NCBI GenBank assembly: GCA_016930485.1
Contig: JAFGGP010000030.1
Location: 66,745 to 130,744 of the forward strand
DNA from: Candidatus Omnitrophota bacterium
Lineage (GTDB): Bacteria; Omnitrophota; Gorgyraeia; JAFGGP01
DNA: 64,000 nt
Direction: 5' to 3'
In this document: positions 19,760-27,697 of the stretch, in pieces
How the letters are laid out: each line of letters starts with the position of its first letter
Position numbering within the stretch: the first letter of the stretch is position 1
Position numbers and translations under genes: made by a program
Notes under the pieces: generated by a model
Databases searched by the model: none
What the model saw: the letters and a program-made list of their open reading frames with translations, nothing else
Told to the model about the DNA's origin: nothing

Positions 19760-20046
19760 GTGAAACCTCCTTGTTGTTATATGCTGCAGCGCCTTTTCAT
19801 CTTTTGTTCTCCTGCTAATGCAAACCAAGCTACCGGTTCATCTTCGGTAGCCTGGCCATCCTTTTTTCTGCGCTATCTAAGGATCCGTAACTTTGCGTCC
19901 CACATTCTCATGTGGTTTGCCTTTTCGTGATGTCCCTATATATACAACCCCGGCCGTTAGAAAACATTACATTATTTTTTTGGTCTTTTACAGGATCGGC
20001 TGGTAACTGCATAAATTTAAAGGAGTTATAGAATCATCGGCGGGAT

Positions 20047-21489
20047 TCACTTTTTGAGGCGTCGTAGGCCTGCCGTGGCTTCTCCGACTTCAAGCGTGGA
20101 AGGATAGTGCGATAAAATCTTCTGATAGGCAGCAATTGCCTCTTGTGGATTGCCCAGTTTTTCTTCCTGGATAATGCCGATGGCACACTGCGCCAGTGAG
20201 GCCCACTTGGAGGTAGGGTACATCTGAATAAGCCTGTCTAATGATTCGATGGCCTCCTTATGCATGGCAAGCTTTTCAAAATACGCGGCGATGAAAAGTA
20301 GTATCTGGGGATCGTTTCTTTCATCGGGGAATTGTTCGACAATGTTATTCAACAAGGAAATACTCTTAAGATGTTTTTTTCTGCTGTTCTCTCTTTTTGC
20401 CCTGCTTGAAAGAGCGAGTGCCTGTGTTGCCAGCTTCTGAACCGGTTCGGGGTATCTGCCATGTACATAAAAATGGACGGGTCCGAAAAGTTCCCGCACT
20501 CTATCTCCTTTGTTGCTTAGAATAAGAGACACCAGTATGCGGCCGATGTCATGAATTTCCTGAAGACGTTCCCATTCACCGTCGGTCATTACTAATGGGT
20601 CTTGGGGTTTTTGATCCGGTTTCACGATTGTTTTCTGCGGCGCCTTTACTAATACGATCTTTTCGTAGGCATGATTCTTTATTTCTACTTCACCGTTGGA
20701 AACACCTAACCACGTTTCTCCTGTAATCGGCTGCACATCCACACAAAAACCCGTACCCCGTACGACAGCGGTTGCGCTCGGTGTTTCGATTGTTATCTGG
20801 GATCCTTTAAATTTTTTATCGGTCTTCACCAAGAGCTTTCCCTGTTCGATTTGTATACATGTCTCACCTTTTCTTCGATGCCTAATCAGCTGTTTGGCAA
20901 CAATGATCGTATTCTCTTTTGCCCGCATTCGATAGAGATTGTCCTGGTCTATATCAACGAAGCTGTACGGGCCTGTTTTTATTTTAGTTCCAGAGGATAG
21001 CTGTATGCCCGCTATTGCAGGTTCCCATCTGTTTTCCTCGGCCCCATATACCTCCGCAACACCTTGAAATGAAATAAGAAGAGGCAAATCTCCCCCGGGT
21101 AAATAACTCAATGCAAATAAAAGTATGATTATACCGGTACTAACAGCCACTTTTACAGGGCGCGGCACCGCAATAATTCCCCAGCGCATCTGATCTAACG
21201 AAATTTTTATAGTACTATAAACCTCGGCGAAGCCTCTCTCTAGTACGCCGAATATCCCCTGCTTTGACATTGTGTTCTTCAGCCTCTCCTGAAAGGCGCG
21301 ATCGTAGCCTTCGGATGGCATCACCTCACTTAATTGCTCAACAGAAGCCCGAAGCATTTCCAGTTCTTTAAGCTGCTCCCGACACGCACTACATTCTCTT
21401 ACATGGCCTCGTATTGCAATCGCTTCCTCGGGAGAACATTCTCCGTCAACATAGAATGACAATCTTGTTTTTTGTATATGCGTTTTCAC
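20047..21489 (-). CDS. Anti-sigma factor (zf-HC2, TM, FecR-like domain, C-terminal TPR)
   Basis: N-terminal HVRECSACREQL zinc-finger anti-sigma motif, one TM helix, a FecR-like central region and TPR-like C-terminus. Start overlaps the sigma-factor stop. Confidence 0.75.
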   Translation of the reverse strand: MKTHIQKTRLSFYVDGECSPEEAIAIRGHVRECSACREQLKELEMLRASVEQLSEVMPSEGYDRAFQERLKNTMSKQGIFGVLERGFAEVYSTIKISLDQMRWGIIAVPRPVKVAVSTGIIILLFALSYLPGGDLPLLISFQGVAEVYGAEENRWEPAIAGIQLSSGTKIKTGPYSFVDIDQDNLYRMRAKENTIIVAKQLIRHRRKGETCIQIEQGKLLVKTDKKFKGSQITIETPSATAVVRGTGFCVDVQPITGETWLGVSNGEVEIKNHAYEKIVLVKAPQKTIVKPDQKPQDPLVMTDGEWERLQEIHDIGRILVSLILSNKGDRVRELFGPVHFYVHGRYPEPVQKLATQALALSSRAKRENSRKKHLKSISLLNNIVEQFPDERNDPQILLFIAAYFEKLAMHKEAIESLDRLIQMYPTSKWASLAQCAIGIIQEEKLGNPQEAIAAYQKILSHYPSTLEVGEATAGLRRLKK

Positions 21490-22106
21490 TACTTGCAGCC
21501 TCCTGATTGCACATAATCGTTCGGATTAATATAGTTCTTCAGCATCTTCCGGGCCCTGTTAAGACGAACGCCTACTGTCTGTTCTGAACAATGTAATATT
21601 CGCCCTGCCTCTTTATATGAGAGTCGCTGCTGTCCACAAAGCAGTAAAACCTCTCTATATTTGACCGGCAATGTATGTATGGCTTCATGCAGTTGTTTTT
21701 GAAGCTCTCTTCTTTCAAGATCTCCACCCAAGTTCCTGCCATCGCCAACCATTTCTCCTAACTTTCTTGTATCCTCTTCGTTAACAGATGTATCTAAGGA
21801 AATCTGCGGACTACTCTTCAAACTTCTCAAGGCGTTCTTGGCAAGATTTGTTGCTATAGTATACATCCAGGATTTTGCCTTCCCCATATTCCGGTACGTC
21901 GCAAGATGTGTATATACCTTAATAAATACCTCCTGGGTCAACTCCTCTGCCGTATGATAACTTCCCGTAAATCTGTATAGGTAATTTAAAATCTGCGTTC
22001 TATAACGCCTGTGCAACATCTCAAAGGCGGTCATGTCACCTGCCTGTGCCGCCAGCAATAACTCCTCGTCCGGTGTCTGCTGTGGGTCTTGATTGCGCTC
22101 TTCCAT
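21489..22106 (-). CDS. ECF-type RNA polymerase sigma-70 factor
   Basis: Region 2 (ELTQEVFIKVY) and region 4 HTH (LSYKEAGRILHCSEQTVGVRLNRARKML). Confidence 0.85.
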   Translation of the reverse strand: MEERNQDPQQTPDEELLLAAQAGDMTAFEMLHRRYRTQILNYLYRFTGSYHTAEELTQEVFIKVYTHLATYRNMGKAKSWMYTIATNLAKNALRSLKSSPQISLDTSVNEEDTRKLGEMVGDGRNLGGDLERRELQKQLHEAIHTLPVKYREVLLLCGQQRLSYKEAGRILHCSEQTVGVRLNRARKMLKNYINPNDYVQSGGCK

Positions 22107-22189
22107 CTGCCCTCATTATATATAACACAAAACTGCGCACTTTATTACATTGTCATAAAAATTATAATGGGAACGGTGCCAATATACAA

Positions 22190-22223
22190 TGAAAAAGGTG
22201 TTGTTCGTATCAACAACACCTTT
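22190..22223 (-). terminator. Rho-independent terminator after the acidic secreted-protein gene
   Basis: Stem aaggtgttgtt / aacaacacctt with a 6-nt loop, then tttttc on the minus strand. Confidence 0.7.
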
Positions 22224-22258
22224 TGTTGCGGGCTGTTACTATCTATTGTCGGAGGGCA

Positions 22259-23296
22259 CTACTCTTTACCTTCATCAAGCACAAATATCGCCGTCATCGC
22301 TTCATGTATTTTTATAATCATATTTCCCTGTACATCTTTTATCAGTTCATTCATTTCGACGAGAAATTGCGCTTCGGCCTCTTGCATCTTTTTGATATAC
22401 ATCCTGCGTGCATTAATAAGAACGTCCTGTCGCAACCGCAGTTCTCTCTCAAGGAGTTCCCGGGCCTGTGAAATATACAGATCTTCCTTGCTGATTTGCC
22501 TGGGTTCCTGCTCGGGAGAAACAACATCTCCCGCTTCATCATCGCAAGCAACAGCTATCTCCTGGAGTTGCTCAACGGCATAACGCAACATAATCCTTTT
22601 TTCTTTGTCACTTAACATGCCGTCCTCCCCCGCAAAATAGGTAACAGGATCACTTTCATCACTCCACCATGCGGGCTTTTCCGAAAGTATAATAGCCGAG
22701 AGCTGATCATAATATGCCTTGGAAGATTCACTGTATTCCTTCAGGCATTCCTCCCGTCCTGCCTCAAGCTGTTCGTGTAATATGCGAATCTCCTGCATTA
22801 ACGGTTCATTGCGAGGGACGTCGGTGCCTTCCAAGGTGATTTCTGAAATTATAAAACCGGGGATTGTCTCCTTTTCAAAATCTACCTCAATCGCAATCTC
22901 TTCTGTTTCCTCCTCAGACCCAAAATTACCTATGTGCGTAGCACCCCCTTCTTTTTCTGCGACCCCGGGTTCTTCCACATCTGTATCAATGTCCACTATT
23001 TTTCCATCTGTTACGACAATCGTCACATCCCGTTCACCTATACCTATTTCTATTGGCTCATTCTTTGAAGGCGCATTCCCCCCTCCCCTTATATCTTCCA
23101 GTTCCTTGAGTTTTTTAATATATGCCTCCTGGCTTTCAAACTCCGCGGCATTCTCGCCTGGTTTAACCATAGGGGCCCCGGAAGAAACCTCTGTTTGCGG
23201 CGCTTCTACTCCATCAGCACTCCCTGCCCCGAGACATATCAAAGATGTCAGGAGGGTTAGACATGCGACTATATGTCTGAACTCGGCATCTCTCAT
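22259..23296 (-). CDS. Secreted acidic protein, function unknown
   Basis: Signal peptide (ACLTLLTSLICLGAGSA). Very E/D-rich. I recognise no domain. Terminator downstream. Confidence 0.5.
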   Translation of the reverse strand: MRDAEFRHIVACLTLLTSLICLGAGSADGVEAPQTEVSSGAPMVKPGENAAEFESQEAYIKKLKELEDIRGGGNAPSKNEPIEIGIGERDVTIVVTDGKIVDIDTDVEEPGVAEKEGGATHIGNFGSEEETEEIAIEVDFEKETIPGFIISEITLEGTDVPRNEPLMQEIRILHEQLEAGREECLKEYSESSKAYYDQLSAIILSEKPAWWSDESDPVTYFAGEDGMLSDKEKRIMLRYAVEQLQEIAVACDDEAGDVVSPEQEPRQISKEDLYISQARELLERELRLRQDVLINARRMYIKKMQEAEAQFLVEMNELIKDVQGNMIIKIHEAMTAIFVLDEGKE

Positions 23297-23389
23297 AACG
23301 TTACCACCTCATTGTAGGGTTATCTCAAGTATATCACATGAAAGGCACGCCATATAAAGAATTATCGGTAACCCTTTGAAAAATAATAT

Positions 23390-23418
23390 ATAACAAAACC
23401 CGGCCGAAAAGCCGGGTC
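23390..23418 (-). terminator. Terminator-like hairpin ~130 nt after the dcd stop
   Basis: Stem acccggc / gccgggt, followed by tttgttatat on the minus strand. Confidence 0.55.
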
Positions 23419-23550
23419 TTGTTGATCCAACACCTTAATGAAACCACAATTTGCAGAATATGAGTGAATGCAATTTGTATGGTTGAGTTAATCCCGAGGC
23501 TTGCCCGGAACAGTATCGAAGAGATTGTCCGGGCGTTTAAGCGAAGGATA

Positions 23551-24102
23551 TCACATCTTCGCGAGTGTTACCCCCCTCTGGGCATCGTACTTGCCCCTTT
23601 TATCTTTGTAGGTAGTCCTGCATATCTCGTCGCCCTGAAAGAATAAAATCTGCGCTATCCCTTCCTCTGCGTATAGCTTTACCCCCGACGATGCCCCGTT
23701 GATAATCGAGATAGTCAGGTGTCCTTCCCATCCGGGTTCAAGCGGCGTGACATTAACGACAATCCCGCAGCGCGCCAGGGTGCTTTTGCCGACGCAGGTG
23801 CCCATGATATTGTCGGGCATCCTGAAATATTCGAGCGAGCGGCCCAGCACATAGGAGCCGGCGGGTATGACGCAGACGTCGGCGATTAACTCATCAAAGG
23901 AACCGGCCGACATATTCTTCGGATCGATAAAACTGTCACGGTTGCCTCTCCATATCATAAACTCGTTGGAAAGGCGCATGTCATAGCCATAGCTGGAAAG
24001 GCCGTAGCTGATACAGCCGTCCCTGACCTGCTCGGGGGCAAAGGGTTCGATCATGTTGTGTTCTCTGACCATCTTTTCAATCCACAGGTCGCTTTTAATC
24101 AT
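23551..24102 (-). CDS. dcd: dCTP deaminase
   Basis: ORF 23551..24129 begins with a GTG that lies inside a repeat element. I prefer the ATG at 24100-24102 (MIKSDLWI), which matches typical Dcd N-termini. Conserved VGKSTLARCGI and GWEGHLTISI. Confidence 0.9.
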   Translation of the reverse strand: MIKSDLWIEKMVREHNMIEPFAPEQVRDGCISYGLSSYGYDMRLSNEFMIWRGNRDSFIDPKNMSAGSFDELIADVCVIPAGSYVLGRSLEYFRMPDNIMGTCVGKSTLARCGIVVNVTPLEPGWEGHLTISIINGASSGVKLYAEEGIAQILFFQGDEICRTTYKDKRGKYDAQRGVTLAKM

Positions 24103-24121
24103 AACTTTCTCTTTGTTCGCT

Positions 24122-24212
24122 GAGTTCACGAGTTCTGCGAGTTCTTTTTTAGCGTGTAGCGATTATAATTCTTTGTGTCACTACACGCTAGTCGCTAAAC
24201 GCTAACCGCTAG
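24122..24212. repeat. CGAGTT-family fragment followed by a TAGCGNN-family hairpin
   Basis: gagttcacgagttctgcgagttc (24122-24144), then ttagcgtgtagcgatta ... tacacgctagtcgctaaacgctaaccgctag. ttagcgtgtagc is identical to 55245-55256. Confidence 0.8.
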
Positions 24213-24312
24213 AAACCTCCAGTTATCGGCCCCTGTCCGTGTAACGGCGACGGAGGCCGATAAGCCGGAAGCATATTAACAAGTACTCGATTTACAGTTT
24301 GGTTATTTTATA

Positions 24313-24360
24313 GTGACGCATTTTGTGATACTGCATGTGACATGTGTCTTGTGTCATGTG
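24313..24360. repeat. Word array, GTGAC/GTCAC family, abutting the nrdJ stop codon
   Basis: gtgacgc attttgtgata ctgcatgtgacatgtgtcttgtgtcatgtg. gtgacatgtgtct (24337-24349) is identical to 17946-17958. Confidence 0.8.
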
Positions 24361-26679
24361 TTAAGAGCACTTGGAATAACCGCAGGCATGACATACGGCA
24401 CAGCCCTCTTCATGCCACAGGGCAGCGCCGCAATCAGGGCAGACGCCGATTACATTCGCTCCTCCTCTTGGCCCCTTAACCGGCATCAGTTCTTCTTCGT
24501 GCATGGTATGGGGAGAATGCCTTTCTTCTATCTTGGGGACCTCGGCACCTTCCGCATTCAGCCGTTTTTCGATAACACGCGCTATGGCATCGGCGCATGA
24601 AAAGATCCGCAGCCCCCTGAGCCACGTCGGTTCAGGACATCTGATTCCCCTGAGCTGCTCCATGATGGCCTCCAGCGGAATGCCGCTGCGCAGGGCCAGT
24701 GATACGAGCCGGCCGATCGCCTCAAGCTGGCTTGCCGCGCATCCGCCGGCCTTGCCCATCTGCGAAAACATCTCAAACGGATTGCGCTGTTCGTCTTCAT
24801 TAATGGTCACATACAGACTGCCGCAGCCGGTGCCTATTTTGGTGGTGGTGCCGTGTATGACTTCTGGTCTCGGCCTTCTGCGGAATACATGGGTCTCTTT
24901 GTCGTGGTCTTCCTGGAGGCCCTGCATCTCTCCCGAGGCGCCTCCGGTCTTCTTAATCCCGACTGTCAGCACCTGTTCCTCGCGGCTTCCGTCTCGATAA
25001 ATGGTGATGCCCTTACACCCCATATCGTACGCCGCCAGGTATGCCTCTCTCACTTCTTCTTTTGTGGCACTATTGGGAAAATTGATCGTCTTTGAGACCG
25101 CATCGTCGGTATACTCCTGAAAGGTAGCCTGCATCTTGACATGCCAGTACGGCGTAATGTCCCGCGCAACCACAAACACCTTTTTAATCTCTTCGGGAAT
25201 TTCAGCAATGCCCTGAATGCTTCCGTCCTGGGCAATCCGCCGCATCAGCTCCTCGGAATAAAAACCCCGGTCGCGCGCGCATTTTTCAAAAGCCGTGTTC
25301 ACATAATAAAGATCCGTCCCATCCATAACCGTCTTGGTAAAGACAAGAGAAAAAAGCGGTTCTATACCGCTGGAACAGTCGGCGATCATGCTGATGGTCC
25401 CGGTCGGCGCAATGGTGATAACGGTAGCGTTCCTGAGTTTCGGGCCACCCGGTATGTTGTACACGCTGTGTTCGAAGTTCGGGAATACCCCGCGCTCTTC
25501 GGCGAGTTCTGCCGAGGCTCGCATAGCCTCCTCATAAATAAATCCCATGACCTCTTTGGCAATCTTATTGCCCTCTTCCGAGTCATACGGTATCCGCAGC
25601 TGATAGAGCATGTCCGCAAACCCCATAACACCCAGGCCGATCTTGCGATTGCCGTGGACCATCTCCTCGATCTGCGGCAGAGGGTACTTATTCACTTCGA
25701 TAACATTGTCGAGAAAACGCACTGCCTCTTTTACTACCCTGGCAAGTCTGCCGTAATCAATTCTTTCGCTGGTCACCATGTGAGCCAGATTAATCGAACC
25801 GAGATTACATGATTCGTAGGGCAGGAGCGGTTGTTCACCGCACGGATTGGTCGCCTCGATCTCACCGAGCCTGGGCGTCGGGTTATCCTGGTTTACCCGA
25901 TCGATAAAAATGATGCCGGGATCGCCGTTTTTCCACGCGTTCTCTACCATTCTGTCAAAGACCTCCTGCGCCCTGCGTCTCCCCTCCACCTTTTTAGTCT
26001 GGGGATTCATGAGGCAATACTCATCATCGGTCTTTACCCGTTCCATAAAGTCGTTGGTCACCGCGACGGAGATATTAAAATTCGTGATGTCCTTTTCGTT
26101 TTGCTTACAGGTAATAAACTCCTCGATATCAGGGTGATCGACGCGCAGGATGCCCATATTCGCCCCTCTGCGCGTACCCCCCTGTTTCACCGCTTCGGTG
26201 GCCGAGTTAAATACTTTCAAAAACGATACCGGGCCGCTTGCAACACCACTGGTCGATCTGACGATACTGTTTTTCGGTCTCAGTCTGGAAAAAGAAAACC
26301 CCGTTCCCCCGCCTGACTTATGTATGAGTGCAGTATTCTTGATTGCCTCAAAAATACTCTCCATAGAATCGTCAACCGGTAACACAAAACAGGCGCTCAA
26401 CTGTCCCAGCTCTCTACCGGCATTCATCAACGTCGGTGAATTCGGAAGAAAATCCAACCGAGTCATTGCGTCGAAAAACTTCTCTTCCCACTCGGCCTGC
26501 TGTGCATCGGTAGCATTGAATTTTTTTTCTGCGCTGGCGATGTGACGCGCAACACGACGAAACATCTCTTCAGGGGTCTCGGCCGGACAACCCTCCTTAT
26601 TCTTAATAAGATAACGTCGTTCTAACACCCTTTTGGCATTTTCGGACAAAACAAGTCGGCAAGAACGGGTTGGTGACAT
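24361..26679 (-). CDS. nrdJ: Class II (adenosylcobalamin-dependent) ribonucleotide reductase
   Basis: Active-site block NPCGEQPLLPYESCNLGSINL and IAPTGTIS. No beta-subunit gene nearby. C-terminal CPDCG...CAVCHACG zinc ribbon. ATG at 26677-26679 with AGGAGG 5 nt upstream; the ORF track starts at a GTG at 26685. Confidence 0.9.
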   Translation of the reverse strand: MSPTRSCRLVLSENAKRVLERRYLIKNKEGCPAETPEEMFRRVARHIASAEKKFNATDAQQAEWEEKFFDAMTRLDFLPNSPTLMNAGRELGQLSACFVLPVDDSMESIFEAIKNTALIHKSGGGTGFSFSRLRPKNSIVRSTSGVASGPVSFLKVFNSATEAVKQGGTRRGANMGILRVDHPDIEEFITCKQNEKDITNFNISVAVTNDFMERVKTDDEYCLMNPQTKKVEGRRRAQEVFDRMVENAWKNGDPGIIFIDRVNQDNPTPRLGEIEATNPCGEQPLLPYESCNLGSINLAHMVTSERIDYGRLARVVKEAVRFLDNVIEVNKYPLPQIEEMVHGNRKIGLGVMGFADMLYQLRIPYDSEEGNKIAKEVMGFIYEEAMRASAELAEERGVFPNFEHSVYNIPGGPKLRNATVITIAPTGTISMIADCSSGIEPLFSLVFTKTVMDGTDLYYVNTAFEKCARDRGFYSEELMRRIAQDGSIQGIAEIPEEIKKVFVVARDITPYWHVKMQATFQEYTDDAVSKTINFPNSATKEEVREAYLAAYDMGCKGITIYRDGSREEQVLTVGIKKTGGASGEMQGLQEDHDKETHVFRRRPRPEVIHGTTTKIGTGCGSLYVTINEDEQRNPFEMFSQMGKAGGCAASQLEAIGRLVSLALRSGIPLEAIMEQLRGIRCPEPTWLRGLRIFSCADAIARVIEKRLNAEGAEVPKIEERHSPHTMHEEELMPVKGPRGGANVIGVCPDCGAALWHEEGCAVCHACGYSKCS

Positions 26680-26746
26680 CAACACCTCCTCTCATCGTGG
26701 GTAATTATCTCGTGGGTTGTGCTAATTGTGCAGGAGAAGGAAAGTA

Positions 26747-26762
26747 CCACAATATAAAGTAT
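26747..26762 (-). promoter_or_regulatory. Candidate NrdR box 2 upstream of nrdJ
   Basis: Minus strand ATACTTTATATTGTGG matches at 13 of 16 positions. Overlaps the -10 region of a TTGACA-N17-TACTTT promoter-like sequence. Confidence 0.4.
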
Positions 26763-26803
26763 ATCTTGAGATGGGTATTGTCAAGAGGAAAAAATGCAAA
26801 ATT

Positions 26804-26819
26804 ATACAAGATATTGTAG
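26804..26819 (-). promoter_or_regulatory. Candidate NrdR box 1 upstream of nrdJ
   Basis: Minus strand CTACAATATCTTGTAT matches the 16-bp NrdR palindrome consensus acaCwAtATaTwGtgt at 12 of 16 positions. Overlaps a TATAAT hexamer. Confidence 0.4.
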
Positions 26820-26904
26820 TCGTTAAAATATCTTTCTACTACAGATTGGATAGTGGGGGCTGCTGTGGTATCGGTATAGGCATAACAGATAATAAAAAAA
26901 CGAG

Positions 26905-27696
26905 TTACATCACAGGCCACACCATCTCAACCGCCTCTTGCTTGACCCAGCCACGCAGGTCTCCAGAGATATACATCTCGAGCCAGCCATGTAATGACTT
27001 TACTGCCCGAAAGGTCGTTCCTTCGTGTACTGCAAACTGTACCGAGTATTGCTCTCCCGGTCCGGAATGAACCGTGACTTTCGGCACTATAACAACCGCT
27101 TCCTGCGCGTTTTCCCGGTTGTATATTTTTATGCCGCATGATATCGAAACAGCCACGGCAATTGCCGCAACAAAGGCAATAACCGGGATAAGTGCGCGCC
27201 GTGCATATATCATGTAGAACGCCAAGGCAATTAAAACTGTCAGAATAACTACGAGGATCGAGAGAAAACGCAGTGTTTCGTCTAATGTGAATGCATGGTG
27301 GATATCAGTAAGCAGTCTCTGTAAGAGTATTGTACTCGGAAGTTTAACTTTGTCTACTATTTTATTTTGTGCTATCTCCAGATTTTTTTTGGTGTCCTTA
27401 TCTCGGGGCGCAAGAAGCAGCGCCCTTTCATAATTCACAATTGCCTTCCCCAGTTGTCCGTTTTTAAAATAAGCGTTTCCCGCATTGTAATATACATCAG
27501 CTGAGAGGATGCCGCGCCTAATAATTTCCTCATATCGACCGATCGCCTCTTGATAGTTTCCCTGCTCATAGAGGTAATTACCACGGGCAAATAAAGACTG
27601 CGGCGTATCCTCGGCAGCGGCTATAGACAAAAAATACGCCATGCCACATGTCAGCAATAACGCGCATAGATCCCTTCGGTTGAATACCTTCATCAT
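26905..27696 (-). CDS. batE: BatE-like protein (TPR repeats, TM helices, C-terminal SH3-like domain)
   Basis: Start set at MMKVFNRR, 1 nt after the batD stop. TPR pairs (YNAGNAYFKNGQ), two TM helices, SH3-like tail (VTVHSGPGEQYSV...GWV). Last gene of the Bat operon. Confidence 0.7.
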   Translation of the reverse strand: MMKVFNRRDLCALLLTCGMAYFLSIAAAEDTPQSLFARGNYLYEQGNYQEAIGRYEEIIRRGILSADVYYNAGNAYFKNGQLGKAIVNYERALLLAPRDKDTKKNLEIAQNKIVDKVKLPSTILLQRLLTDIHHAFTLDETLRFLSILVVILTVLIALAFYMIYARRALIPVIAFVAAIAVAVSISCGIKIYNRENAQEAVVIVPKVTVHSGPGEQYSVQFAVHEGTTFRAVKSLHGWLEMYISGDLRGWVKQEAVEMVWPVM

Positions 27697-27697
27697 T

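Noticed and set aside
22162-22183. TGGCAC motif upstream of the ECF sigma gene as a sigma-54 promoter
   Set aside because: The minus strand reads TGGCACcgttcCCATT. The -12 element lacks the required GC at the correct spacing.
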